Position numbers and translations under genes: made by a program. DNA of 63,955 bases, filler included, from Piptocephalis cylindrospora (taxonomy: Eukaryota): the NCBI GenBank assembly GCA_003614145.1. It is 3 parts of 3 records of this genome, joined end to end, with 100 filler letters (N's around TTAATTAATTAA, not from the genome) between each part and the next. Parts side by side here need not be neighbours in the genome. Positions count along the whole stretch, not along the records: positions 1 to 24,883 come from KZ987782.1; 2 more parts are not named here. One strand, written 5' to 3'. Below the pieces are notes generated by a model. The model had not been told where the DNA came from, made no database searches, and saw only the letters and a program-made list of their open reading frames with translations. This document shows positions 1 through 12,607 of this stretch, piece after piece. Every line of letters starts with the position of its first letter. Position 1 is the first letter of the stretch.

Positions 1-2096
1 AGGGGGGGGGGGAGGGGGGGGTGGAGGAAGAAGGGCAGGTTGGGAAAGGATGGCTGAGCTCTTGGATTTTATCTGAACGCTCCTTCCTTCTTAACCCACT
101 CTTGTACCTGCACCCATGTCGTACCAATCCTCTGTACGTGGCTATTCGAAAAGACTGAGGAGAGATCAAGACCATTTTTTCCATTTCTCCGTTTCAATCC
201 TTCCTACCCCTCACGGTGTTTGGGCATCTTTGTTCCAGCGCCATCGACGGCAGCGGCAAATGGCAGCAGGGGAGCGGTGGAGGAGATGGGGATGGGAGGA
301 TGTCGATCCTTTTGCTCAACCATTCGCTCATAAGGGTCCATCTCCGGATGCCAAGGGAGGCCTAGTAGGGATGGAGGCGGTGGGTCAGGGTGGTAGGTCG
401 TACCAACGTGTGGGTACTAGATGGCCTTGGGAGACAAGTGTAGTGGGAATGCTGGGAGACAGGAAGGAGTTGACACGCGGAGTTCACACGTCGGAGTTGA
501 CTCCCCATCGAGCCAATCCCTGTGTGGGGGACGGGGCCAGTGGTGGGATTGGTCGTAGATGCAATAGGATGCATCTAGCCGCATGCTTCTTCCCATTCCA
601 TTCCCTCCTCTTTCCACTTCCTTCTTCATCTCCCTAGTTTTCACCGGGGACTGGATTGTGGTCACGCTCATTACCAGACTAGGGAATGTTAGTTGCAACC
701 GCCACTCCCCCTTGCCTGAACAAGGTGTAGAGCGGGGGGCTGAGGAAAGTAACCCCTGCGCGCACTCGTTCTATCATGAGCCCTCATCCCAAGGATTTTG
801 AGGGAGGGGCATATATCCCGTGCCCTTTTCCCGGGGGGAGGGGATGAATCATCCTGCATTGGCCGCGACATGATGAGGTTGGGGCTGGGGGATGAGGGAT
901 GAGGAAGGGGGACACGCCATCATGCCGGCTCATCCCGTCCTTTGGCCCCTGGCCCTAGGATATCCTCCGAAAAGAGGCTGTGTCTGACTGATGGCCGTAG
1001 CGCATGGGGTGGGGGATCTTGTGAGGAAGGATAAGGAGATCACAGAGGATCAACACCAAGTGGAAGAATATCATGAATAGGATCACCGACCATCGAATTG
1101 GGGCGGAGACTGGGTCAATGAGGAAAATTGTTGAAGGGGCGATGATGAGTGTGACACGGATTGATCCTGGCACCATTGTCCTTTTTCTTCATTATGGACG
1201 TTCGATTCTATTGAGACTACCCATCGTCATTGTGCTACCCCAGACGATCTAGGGGACCATGGATATAATAATAACATAGGATCAGGGTATGAATTCCAAC
1301 TTTAGACATGGCCTGGATAGGTTGTCTTTATCATCATTTCTTTCCAGGTATATCCCAAGATTGTCGCCGGCAGAATAGTTTAATTTCTTCATCGTTCAGC
1401 CGGGAATGCGAAAGTTGCTCTAAAAGGATAAACCTAAAATCTTCCAAAATACATTTTACCCTTGGCATTCGGATGCGTCGAGAAAAATAGGATACACCTG
1501 AGAGAGATTAACTGCGTGCTCATCTATCCTACACTTTTCTCTCGAAACATGTTGCATCAGTATAATTTTACGTATTTGTCTATCAGGGGGATGTACATTA
1601 GTCCGTCAAGGATCGTCCATGGGAGGGATGTGACAAAGGGATCTGGAGCCTTGACAAGGCACAAACAACCCAAGTCATGCTCCATGCGCGTCGTTTGAGA
1701 TGCATTCTAGGGGAATACGTGATGTTATCCCCGAGGGAAGAGAAGCTCGCTTATATATATATAAAAAAGGCTCAAGCTATGAGGACGCACGTATGTTTTC
1801 GTTTGACAGGAATTATACTTATAATGGCGTGACCAGGAAGACTCACGGTATCTTACTTATGGCTGTAGAGGCTGTTGATCAGATTATCTTCCTGGCAAAG
1901 GGTCAACTTCCTCTACTGAAGCCAGATGGTCTGGGGGCTCTTTTACACCCCGCTGCCTCTCTCAAACTCGTACCCACACACATGTGGGACACTGCATGTC
2001 ACTCTTCCATAAGCGTTTCCCTTGGCAAGGCTATCCTAGTCACCACACCCTCTTCACCCCTTTACAGCCCTTTATCCCCTGCCATCGCTTTTATCC

Positions 2097-5000
2097 ATGG
2101 CGCTCTCCGAGTTTATGCGGTCGACACTCTCGCGCGTCGTCCTCGGCAAGGACACGGCCTTTCCCTATTCCATCGGGACTCGCGTCCTCTCCTACGAGGG
2201 CCGTTCTCTCTGGGCTCTGCATCGAGGGACATGTCAGGTAAGTGGGGAGTGATCAGGAGGCTTCGACACCTTAGATGTTTTGTGCCTGATTTCACCTGTT
2301 CTTAGTCGGACTCCTCCGAAGTCTCCATTCTGGCCTTTGATTGCAAGGCCAATCCCTCCAAGGCCCCGCTTGCCCGGCATGCCTTTGGAAAGCTTCGCAC
2401 CATGCGACATCCTGATCTCCTTCGATTTATTGATGGTGTCGAGGTAAGGATTGGTTTCTTGATGTCAATCATTCCTCATCCTTTCCTCAATCAACCTCAC
2501 TCAACATTATCCTACCAAACCTAGACGGACACGCATATCTACATTGCCACCGACGTGGTGGTCCCCTTGGAAGACGCTCTATCTAGTGATCAGGATGAGC
2601 AGCTGATTGCATGGGGCCTTTTTAAAATTTCGGTAGGTTGCTCTTTCTCCAATTTTCTTGAGCCACAAGCCAGTGAATCCCTCATTCTGCTCTTCATTCT
2701 CCTTGCCACAGGGCGTCCTCTCCTTCCTCAACGCGGATTGCAACACCATTCACGGAAACATCCGAACCTCTTCTATCTTTGTGAATTCCGCTGGAGAATG
2801 GAAGCTTGGGGGATTTGAGCTACTTAGCCGGATGGACGAGGAATTCCCTCAGATCACTGTAGGTTACTTTTTGGCTTTTCCAGGATAGTTCCTGGCAGAG
2901 TTTTCTTTACAGAGCGAGTGCATTGCATTAAGGAGATAAGGTGGAAACTAACATGTTTTGGGGCCCAACTTACATCCTGTACCTTTTCTTCCCTTTTCTA
3001 AAGACATCCGCCAGTCTCTTACCTGATTCCCAGCGGTACGCCCCCCCCGAAGTACAGCAGAATGGCTGGGATTCAGTTAAAAAGTAATTAACCCTTCTGG
3101 CCCCTCTTTCTCTCACATACTGACATTATCTAATGCTCCTCTAGTCATCCGACCGGAGCGGTAGATGCGTGGATGTTTGGAGCGCTCATTCACGAGATTT
3201 TCAACGGATCTTTCACCTCTTCCTCAGCACAAACAAGCCGTGGGAAAATCCCTCCGGTAGGTCACCTATTAAACAATAGGCTATACCAATGACCAGGTAA
3301 TCTAGATTATACCTCCTGACTTTGACTCATCTATTTCCATTCTCCAATATTACAGAGACTCTTTTCAGTCATGCGATCCTTGATGAATGCTTCACCTATC
3401 AGTCGTTTTACCTTGCGTGCCTTCCAGGATGCCGCCTTGCATACAGGGGGATACTTTACCAGTGATTTTGTTCAGTCAGTTCTCTTCCTGGAAAACTTAA
3501 ACGTCAAGGATGCTGGGGAAAGGGACTCTTTCCTAAGGTAAGGCCTTTCAATCAATTCCTTTTGAATGCCTCATCTACCTTTATGCTATGCTTTAGATAA
3601 GGCAGTGATAAGACCATATCCTAATATGATCTCCCTTAACTTTGATAGGAAATTGGAGAAGACGGTCGAGTCCTTTCCTGGGGAATTTAGTAGGCATAAA
3701 ATCTTGCCAGAACTTCTCAAAGCACTAGAATTCGGCTCGGGTAGGTGATTGAATGATGAATAATCCTCCTCTTCATACTTCTCCTTTTCCTTGTCATTCA
3801 AGTACCGTTGCTCATTCCCATCCTCCACCCCCTTTTTTCATATTAGCTGGCAGTAAGGCCATTGGATCCATCAACAAAATTGCCGAGAGCTTGGATGAGG
3901 AAGATTACGAGAAACAAGTTGCCCCCATCCTTGTACGGATGTTCGCAGTCCAGGATCGACTCCTTCGTTTGTCCCTCCTCGAACACTTGGGCCCCATGGC
4001 TGAGAGATTACCAGAGAGGGTAATCAACTCCGAGGTATACGCTCACATTGCCACTGGCTTCAACGACTCCACCCCAATCCTTCGGGAGGCCACGTTGAAA
4101 GCTGTCTTTATTATGGCACCCAAGGTAAGGGATATGTGTGCCTCTATGCTTGCAATGAGTCCTTCTTACCTGCCTTCATCTCGTACAGCTATCCAACAAA
4201 ATTCTAGGGGGGGACGTAACGAAGCAATTGTCTCGTTTGGCCATGGATCCTGAACCGGGAATTAGGACCAATACGGTGGTGTGTTTGGGCAAGCTAAGCC
4301 GATATCTGGATGATTCGGTACGATTTATGTGGGATCATTGGGAATACGAGAGTGTGCTCTATGCCCTTTACCACCTTCTCATCCATCCATGACTCATGAA
4401 TAGTCTAGGAAGCAAGTTTTACTCCCAGCCTTTTTCACCGCCTTGCGTGATCCGTTCCCTCATGCACGATCTGCTAGTCTCATGTCGCTATCCGCGACCA
4501 TGGAGTACTATACTCCGATGGATGGGGCTAGGAAGGTAATCCCCAACGTCTCTTGCCTCTTGGTTGATCCAGTCGAGTGAGTGCTTACGTGGTGGGAGAT
4601 CAGCGGAAGGGATGAATGTTGCTCATCTATCCTGTCACTGTGGTTTAATTAGGGAGGTGAGGGATCAAGCTTTCAAGACCCTACGTGCATGTCTATCTCG
4701 ATTAGAAACCCATTCGGCGACCATGGTAAGAGGCTATATGAGCGGTTTTTTGTGGGCGGTGATGTGGCTATGGATATGTCATCAAGGAACATGCCCTTTT
4801 CGTTTTCCCCTCTACCCATCGCTTATATCCTGCCCACATCGTATAGGGAACGGTGTCTAAAGCGGGAGAGGAGGGGAGCGCGTCAAGCTTAGTAGAGGCT
4901 GGGCCCTCGGCTGTATCAGGTGCGGCAGGAACCGCAGCTAACTGGGCTGGATGGGCCGTTACTTCTTTTGCCAAGAGGGTGAGTGTGCGGTGGGATTAAT

Positions 5001-5791
5001 GAAAAGAGGCAACGCTATCGACTCCATCTAAGCATCACCCTTCTATTTCATCCTAGGTGGTGTACTCGGGGGATGATGGAGTGGAACGTCGATCCTCGGC
5101 GCCTGGTCCATTGCTAGTTAATTCAGCATCTCTTTCCTCCTCTTCCTCCTCTACCTCCCAGTCTTCCCCTTCCTCACCAAGAACCACTGCTCCTCCTTCA
5201 CCCTCTAGCTCCATTGGTCCTGGGACTCATCGATCGGGAATGTCACTACCATCATCCTTATCCTCATCCGGGATGAAGAATAAACCGATTGGAGCGTTTA
5301 CTCAGGCGATGGAAGCATACGAACTAGATGAAGACGAGATTGGCGAGGGATGGGACGTGGACGTGGATGACCCAGATTTGGTATCTCCCCCTGGTCCGGT
5401 TTCACGCCCCGTCGGATATCATGAGGGGATTAGGTTGCCTGCCCCTGAGCGGAACGCTCAAGTGAAGGAAGAAAAAATGATGGAGGAGATCAAGCCCTTG
5501 GCCCCCGTAACCATCACGGCCACCACCCTTGCCAAGTCCAAGGGAGTGCCTAGTCAAATGGGCAGTACGGCATCATCCTCGGTTAAAGCCAAGGCCAAGG
5601 CGGATAGAGCAGCCGAGCTGGATCGGAAACGGGAGGAACGACGTCAGGTATGTTATACTTTTGAAGGGTAGGGTGAGTATGCCCCACATACGATGACTAA
5701 CGCCACCTAATCGGGCGGTTATTCTTGTTTTATGGGACGAGGATAGAGAATGCAGGCTTTAAGGGAGAGTAAACGAAAGCAGGGCCAATGA
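2097..5791 (+). CDS. CEX1: SCYL1/Cex1-family pseudokinase-HEAT repeat protein (multi-exon)
   Basis: Exon 1 MALSEFMRS...FPYSIG...WALHRG (2097-2237). Later exons read KLRTMRHPDLLRF, IHGNIRTSSIFVNSAGEWKLGGFEL, KILPELLKALEFG, TGFNDSTPILREATLK, DPEPGIRTNT, ALRDPFPHAR. Low-complexity tail ends in KREERRQ/RMQALRE. GT-AG introns throughout. Confidence 0.9.
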
Positions 5792-6104
5792 TGCCTCACC
5801 GATCATAGGAGAGGAGGACCGATCGATCGTGTCATCTAGGGTTAGTTTAATGAAAGGATCAAGGGGAAGGGGGCTATCAGAAACAGAGTGTACGAGAGGA
5901 TATATGGTTTTAGACGAAGTGGGAAAGGGACAATGCATTATTCTTTTTCCTGGCTCTTCTTTCCTTCCCCTTTAGGTGCTTGATTCATTGTGAGCCCCCT
6001 CATCTTTCATCCCATTTATTTTGTAATATCTAATCATCATCATCATTCTTCTTCCTTGACGATATCCTATGATGGGCCCTTACACGATATGCCTGCCATG
6101 CCAT

Positions 6105-8297
6105 CTAGCTACTCTCCTCGGGTTTGGCTTCCTCCTCGGCCTTGGCTTCCTCCTCGGTCTTGGCATGACCCTTGCCCTTTGCCCCTTCACCAATCTCAAT
6201 GTCTAGATCGAGACGGGTGACGAGGGCGCGGATCTCAATCTTGGAGATGAGGAGGTTAACAGAAACATTGGCCCTCCACAGGGGCATGAGGAGGGGGTAC
6301 TTGAGGCCCTTACCCGCCTCGTTCATCTGGGCTGGGTCCAGACGAAGGATGACACAGCCTGCACGCATGGCGCGGAGTTTGGTGGCCATGGGCTCGGAGA
6401 GCGAATCAAACTTGGGATTGGCTTCGCGAATCAAGGTGAGAACATCGGAGAAGGCGGCATCGACGAAACGTTGGGGCCCAAGGAAGGGAGTGAGGAGAGG
6501 AAGGCCATCGGCCTGGATGCGGAAGGGGAAAGCATCAATGTTCTTGACATCGTTACGGACAAAGGCTTTGGTGCCGGTGTTGATGAGCTTTAGTCTCTCG
6601 ACATCCCTGGCCTGGAGAAGAGACTTTACAGCAGGAGAGACAAAGTAGAGGGTCTTGTGGGTGCCATCTTCGGCCCTGACGAGGTATTGCGAGGTGGGAA
6701 GATCAGGGGAGATGCCGTAAAAGTCGGTGATGTCCTTAATCTCGGGCTGGTTGGGGTCTAGCATAATAAAGGGCTCCTCCTTGGGCATGGCCCCACGACC
6801 GGTCTTCTTTTCCCTGGTTCTAGGCTGATCCTGGTCATTCTCAGCGGGTCTCTTGACCGGAATGATTGTCGAGGCCTTGGAACTTTCTTCCTCTGTGATC
6901 TCGACCTTATCTTTCGTGGGGTTGGCCCCTTCCTTTGTGGTCACGACGTCTTCTTCTGTCGCCTCCACCTTCTCCTCCTCTACTCCATTACGATCAGCAG
7001 CCGTCATGGGGGAGACCTTGGAGAGGACAGCGACGAAAAAGGCACCAGTGTCCTGGAGATGGGGGTAAATACGGATGCAGCGGTCGAGGTGCATGCGGCC
7101 GGCCTCCTCCTCTGAGGGAGAGTAGCAGGAGGGGGTGGACTTGTCCTTGGGCCTATCGGGGGCATAAGAGTCGAGGACGCCACCCTGGCCATCCATGACC
7201 TTCCAGGAGGAGAGGCCGGGACGACGGATAAGCTTGGGGAGCTGATCGGAGACATCGACAAGGGCGAGGGCACCGTTAGCCTGACGAAGGACCTGGGCAA
7301 TGACCGCTTCATTTTCAATGGGGTTCATGGAGCAGGTGGAGTAGACGATGCGACCACCCACACGACAGAGCTGGGCACCACGCTCGAGGATGCGGATCTG
7401 GAGGGCGTGAAGACCATAGGCGTCATTGATGGTCCAGGTCTGCCAGATTTTCTCATTTTTCCTCAGGGTGCCATCGCCGCTGCAGGGGACGTCGCAGAGG
7501 ACGCGGTCAAACTGAAGGATGGGGGCAGGCCCCGGACCAGAGCCAGAGAGACGGATATTGGGGAAGAATTGGGCCTCATGGTTGGTGATAACGAGGGCGG
7601 GGGATTGGAGGCGACGGGTATGGTGGACAAGCATGTAAGAGCGCTTACCATTCGCATCGTTGGCGAGGATGAGACCGGAAGGCACGGCATCCTTGGGGGC
7701 CTGGGGATCAGAGGCGTGCAGAGCCTCGATGAGCTGGGTGGTCTTGCTTCCCGGGGCAGCGCACATATCGATGACCCAGTGGTGGGGCTGAACATCAAGG
7801 AGGAGGGGAGGGATCATGCTGACGGCCTCCTGACGGGTCATATTACCGACCTCGGATTCAGCGACGAGGAAGTTGTGGAGACGCTTAAATTGGGGAACGC
7901 GCTTAATGACAGCGCGGGAGGAGTGAACGGTCCAGGCCAGGTCGTTGGGGTACCATGGCATGGGGGTGGGCGGGGGCAGGGTGGTGACGGGCTCGTCAGA
8001 AGAGTCGGTGGGGATGTTGATGTGCATGTCGCTAGCCTTGCGCATGGTCTCCCGGAGACCCTCGGCTTCCTGGCGGAAAGCGGTGATGCGTAGGGTGGTG
8101 GGAAGGACGACACGAAGGGTATCGAAGAAGGCGGTCCATTCCTCCTCGTCCTCGCACAGACCCTGGGCGCGGTAGTAGGCCTCAAAGAGAGCGTTGTTCC
8201 GGTCGATCTTTTTGTACCCTTCCCGACGGTCCGATCCGTCGGAAGTCTTTTTCTTGTCTTTGGACCATTGACTCTTTCTCTTGTTGAAGCGGGCCAT
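6105..8297 (-). CDS. NCL1: tRNA (cytosine-5)-methyltransferase NCL1/TRM4 (NSUN2), intronless
   Basis: Motifs RQEAVSMIPP, DMCAAPGSKT, FDRVLCDVPCSGDG, YSTCSMNP and RIYPHLQDTGAFF. Start taken at MARFNKRK (8297). Confidence 0.95.
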   Translation of the reverse strand: MARFNKRKSQWSKDKKKTSDGSDRREGYKKIDRNNALFEAYYRAQGLCEDEEEWTAFFDTLRVVLPTTLRITAFRQEAEGLRETMRKASDMHINIPTDSSDEPVTTLPPPTPMPWYPNDLAWTVHSSRAVIKRVPQFKRLHNFLVAESEVGNMTRQEAVSMIPPLLLDVQPHHWVIDMCAAPGSKTTQLIEALHASDPQAPKDAVPSGLILANDANGKRSYMLVHHTRRLQSPALVITNHEAQFFPNIRLSGSGPGPAPILQFDRVLCDVPCSGDGTLRKNEKIWQTWTINDAYGLHALQIRILERGAQLCRVGGRIVYSTCSMNPIENEAVIAQVLRQANGALALVDVSDQLPKLIRRPGLSSWKVMDGQGGVLDSYAPDRPKDKSTPSCYSPSEEEAGRMHLDRCIRIYPHLQDTGAFFVAVLSKVSPMTAADRNGVEEEKVEATEEDVVTTKEGANPTKDKVEITEEESSKASTIIPVKRPAENDQDQPRTREKKTGRGAMPKEEPFIMLDPNQPEIKDITDFYGISPDLPTSQYLVRAEDGTHKTLYFVSPAVKSLLQARDVERLKLINTGTKAFVRNDVKNIDAFPFRIQADGLPLLTPFLGPQRFVDAAFSDVLTLIREANPKFDSLSEPMATKLRAMRAGCVILRLDPAQMNEAGKGLKYPLLMPLWRANVSVNLLISKIEIRALVTRLDLDIEIGEGAKGKGHAKTEEEAKAEEEAKPEESS

Positions 8298-8996
8298 GCT
8301 GACAATGTGGGATGGGGGGAAGGAGTGGGGGAGAAAGGAGGGATTTTTCTTTTTAGGATCTGGGCTCTTGTCACCATCTGAGTGTGCACCCTCTCTGTCT
8401 CTGTCCCGGCCCGTGTGTGCGTATGAGGGGTGAAAGGTGCACAATTTGGGGGATGCATTGAATTATGGAATATTTTCGTGTGGGAGGGGGGATTGTGATC
8501 CATCCATCCACCCCTACATTTCGCTGTTTACTACATCCATCCACCCCTATCCATCCTATGGGAAGATCCGTGGGTAGATACAGACGGTGAAGAGTGGGGG
8601 GAACACGATCGAGAAGCTGGATGGTCGCCGCCTGTAGACATGAATGCTCAAGAGTGTAGAGATGTGTGTAAGCAAGAACAATGGGAAGGGAGTGTTGAAC
8701 GAAAAAAAGACGTGGAAAATGATCCTTTCTCCTCCACTGCAGACTCGATCCCAACTCGACTCCACTCCCCCCATCGGAACCCTCTCCTCCTTGTCTTCCT
8801 TTAGTATTTCCACTCTAAAACAAAAAAAGGATGGATAGGAATGGATAAGAGGTTTGAGGGATGGGGAGGGGGAGGGAGGGAGGGAGGGAGGGATGGGGAA
8901 TGGGAAGATCTGATGCATTATCCTTTCCCCCCCGTCCGCCGCCGCCTCCTCCTCCTTACCCCCTAGGTCTCATACACGGAGAGAAAAAGAGGGGGT

Positions 8997-10510
8997 TTAC
9001 TCCTCCTCGTAGACCTCCTCCTCCATCATGCCCTCCTCACCCTCATCCTCAAACTCGCCATCGTCCTCGGCGGTGGCCTCCTGGTACTGCTGGTACTCGG
9101 AGACAAGATCGTTCATGTTGCTCTCGGCCTCAGTGAACTCCATCTCGTCCATGCCCTCGCCAGTGTACCAATGGATGTAGGCCTTACGACGGAACATGGA
9201 GGTGAACTGGTCGTTGACACGCTTGAAGAGCTCCTGGATGGCGGTGTTGTTACCGATGAAGGTGGCGGACATTTTGAGGCCCTTGGGGGGGATGTCACAG
9301 ACGGCGGTCTGGATGTTGTTGGGGATCCACTCGACAAAGTAGGAGGAGTTCTTGGTGTGGATGTCGACCATCTGGTGGTCAATCTCCTTCATGGAGAGCT
9401 TACCACGGAAGATGGCGGCGACGGTGAGGTAGCGACCATGACGGGGGTCGGAGGCGGCCATCATGTTCTTGGCGTCGAACATCTGCTGGGTGAGCTCGGC
9501 GACGTTGTTGACCTGGTACTGCTGGGAGCCACGGGCGGCGAGGGGGGCGAAGCCGACCATGAAGAAATGGAGACGGGGGAAGGGGACGAGGTTGACGGCG
9601 AGCTTCCTGAGATCGGCGTTGAGCTGACCGGGGAAACGGAGGGAGGTGGTGACACCGGACATGACCATGGAGACGAGATGGTTGAGGTCACCGTAGGTGG
9701 GGGTGGTGAGCTTGAGGGTACGGAAGCAGATGTCGTAGAGGGCCTCGTTGTCGATGCAGAAGGTCTCGTCGGAGTTCTCGACGAGGTGATGGACGGTGAG
9801 GGTGGCGTTGTAGGGTTCGACGACGGTGTCGGAGACCTTGGGGGAGGGGACGACGGAGAAGGTGCACATCATGCGGTCGGGGTACTCCTCACGGATCTTG
9901 GAGATGAGGAGGGAGCCGAGACCGGAGCCGGTACCACCGCCGAGGGAATGGGAGACCTGGAAGCCCTGGAGCATGTCACAGTTCTCAGCCTCCTTGCGGA
10001 TGATATCGAGGATGGAGTCGACGAGTTCGGCGCCCTCGGTGTAGTATCCCTTGGCCCAGTTGTTACCGGCGCCGGATTGACCAAAGACAAAGTTATCGGG
10101 ACGGAAGAGCTGGCCGTAGGCGCCGGCACGGACCGAGTCCATGGTACCGGGCTCGAGATCGACGAGGATGGCACGGGGGACGTAGTTGTTGGCGTTGGCC
10201 TCATTATAGTAGACATTGATACGTTCGAGCTGGAGGTCAGTGGAGCCAGTGTAGGTACCGTCGGGCTGGATGCCGTGCTCGTCCGAGATGACTTCCCAGA
10301 ACTTGGAACCGATCTGGTTACCACACTGACCTATGGGAAGGGGGAAGGGGGGAGGAGGGAAGGATGAGTTGGATCTGTCCATGAGGTAATGTCTCTTTCA
10401 GATCCCCGTTTTGTAGCTCCGCCCGAAAGGGAGGGGGGAAGGGGGCGAGACAAGGGAAAAAAAGGGGAAGGATGAGACTTACCGGTCTGAACGTGGATAA
10501 TTTCACGCAT
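8997..10510 (-). CDS. TUB2: Beta-tubulin (2 exons: 10510-10483 and 10330-8997)
   Basis: [18 protein letters not shown] across a GT-AG intron, GGGTGSG signature, acidic tail, strong C-ending codon bias. Confidence 0.98.
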
Positions 10511-10885
10511 GATTGCGGGTATGTGAGGGATGGAGGGGAGGGTAGAGGGTGGGAGGGGGAAGGGGAGGAGAAAAGAGCACTGACAAGGAGTGAGGACTTC
10601 AACGAGGGAGTGGGGTGAAGGGAAAGAAGAAGGGTGAGTGAGGTGGGAGAGGGGAGGGGGGGGGAGAGGTGGAGTGAGGTCTGGAAGAGGAAGAGAGGGG
10701 GTGGCTGGGGGCTGGCCATCCCCTGCTCCGGATCAAAGGCGTTTATAAAGGGTGGTCCGCAGATCCTCTCCATCACTCTACCCGTGTCGACACTTTCACA
10801 GCGCCTTTCCTCCCATCCTTTCAGAGTTTGGGGGCAGGGTGGATGAAGAGGTGTCTATACTAAAGAGGCCCACACGTTTGGACAG

Positions 10886-10887
<2 letters not shown>

Positions 10888-10916
<29 letters not shown>
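10888..10916. repeat. (AC)n microsatellite upstream of beta-tubulin
   Basis: Direct reading of a perfect AC run. Confidence 0.9.
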
Positions 10917-10924
<8 letters not shown>

Positions 10925-12607
10925 TACACACGTAGGGGGCGAGATGAGGAGGGAGTTGTCCTGCCCTGTCCTGTTCTGTTCTGCCTTGCCCTGCTCTCTC
11001 CGCCCTTCTCCTCAAGCGCAGATGACCTGGGAGCTGGGTTTGGACGGCATCTGGGGTGGAGTTGGGATGTGTGTGGGCGGGCTGGTGGTCATGTCCGCTC
11101 ACCTGGGTAATTGGGGGAGAGAAGGGGGGCGCGAGGGAGGGGTAGACGGAGTCTCAAGCGTGAGTGTGTGCGGTATGGCAAGGTGCACGAATCCACTCGC
11201 AGCACAATCTTCCAGCCCTTCCGGGGGGGAGGATGGGAGGGGGAAGCCACTTCAATACCCCCAGCATGTGTATGTGGATGGCCGTGGGTGGGAAGGCGCC
11301 AAAGTGATGGGCAGGGTCAAGAAAAGGATGTGAGAGGGGGAGGGGGGTAAGTGATGATTTATGTGTGTGAAAGGAATGATAAAGTATGGGGGAGGGGTGG
11401 TTTTACCCAGCACATACACACGCGCCTGTGTGTCCCAGCCAGCTCGAGGGAGAGGGGGAGGGGAGCCTAGAGGAAGAGGGAACTCATGGTCCCTCTCCCA
11501 ATATCTCACCCTCCCATGGCATCATGCGGCTGCCGAGATCCCAACCTTGCCTTTACAACACAGCGATGCGCGGTCTCTCCACTCTCCAAGGGACGCACGC
11601 ACGCGGGATAGGTGCTTCCAGCCACTCCTGACCCGACGGAAAGGGGTGGGAGGAAGGGACGCAGGCCAGGCTGCATTCGTCGAGATTCCCCACCTTTTCG
11701 TACCACTTGGTCACATCCAATCCTTGTCCATTCTGGACGGATCTGGCCATCCATCCGTCTGGGTAGAGTGGGAGTGGGAGTGGGAGTGTGAGTGAATCGT
11801 CGTCGTTGTCGTCGTCGTCGTCGTTGGCGCCATCTTCGTCCTCACTGTCAATCGTATCCGCGCATCCTGTCCAATTTCCTCTTTCCCTACCTTGATCCAT
11901 TCACTCATGGTACGATGGCTGGGAAGAAGGAGACAGGGAAGAAAAATAGATGATGGGCCTGACTGGGACTGAGCAAATTTAGATTGCGTCGGAGTCAACA
12001 CGCTCCCACCCTCCTCGGCCATTCATGTGAGAGACGTGGGGTGGGAGGGACAACGACATCCTCCGTAGAGTGTACTTTATCCCCATTGATCTTCAAATCA
12101 TTGGGAAAGGGGTCGATACATGACTCCTTGGTCACTCAGTGTACCACCTCGTTTATCCTCCTCATCTGATGCTCAAGGTCTTCCTACCAGGAGAGAGTGG
12201 AGTGGGCCAGGGCCAGTCATTTAGAAACCTTGTCCTCATTTCAGCACTGGGAGGATACGAGAGACGACTCTCACAAGCATTCCCCATGGATGCTGTGGGT
12301 GAGTGGGAAGGTGACACCATGAAATGACGGATTCAAAAGGGGGGAGGGGGATACTCATCTATCCACGCACGAACATGACTAGGATCATGGCTGTTGAAAG
12401 AGGAGGAGAGTCATTATGAGACTGGCCAAAGGCACTCTACTCTTTCCAGCTCTGATTCAATGGGCTTGGACCCCCACATCACACCACTCTTCCATGCGCG
12501 GTGCCGGGAGGAGTGGAGATGAAATTATCCTGGTACACTGCATCCATTGCACACAACTCCATCCTATGATTCATCGGGCAAAAAAGAAGAGTTCGTGTAT
12601 ATTCAAG

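Noticed and set aside
6172..8175. Several plus-strand ORFs antisense to NCL1
   Set aside because: Antisense shadows of a GC3-rich gene; no motifs.
9171..10367. 398-aa plus-strand ORF antisense to beta-tubulin
   Set aside because: Shadow ORF produced by the strong codon bias of tubulin; the composition (V/G/D/E-rich) is the typical antisense mirror.
11506..12022. Short ORFs with poly-D/poly-T and HS/LP repeats
   Set aside because: Their notable features come from (GTC)n and (GAGTGG)n microsatellites; no consistent gene model.
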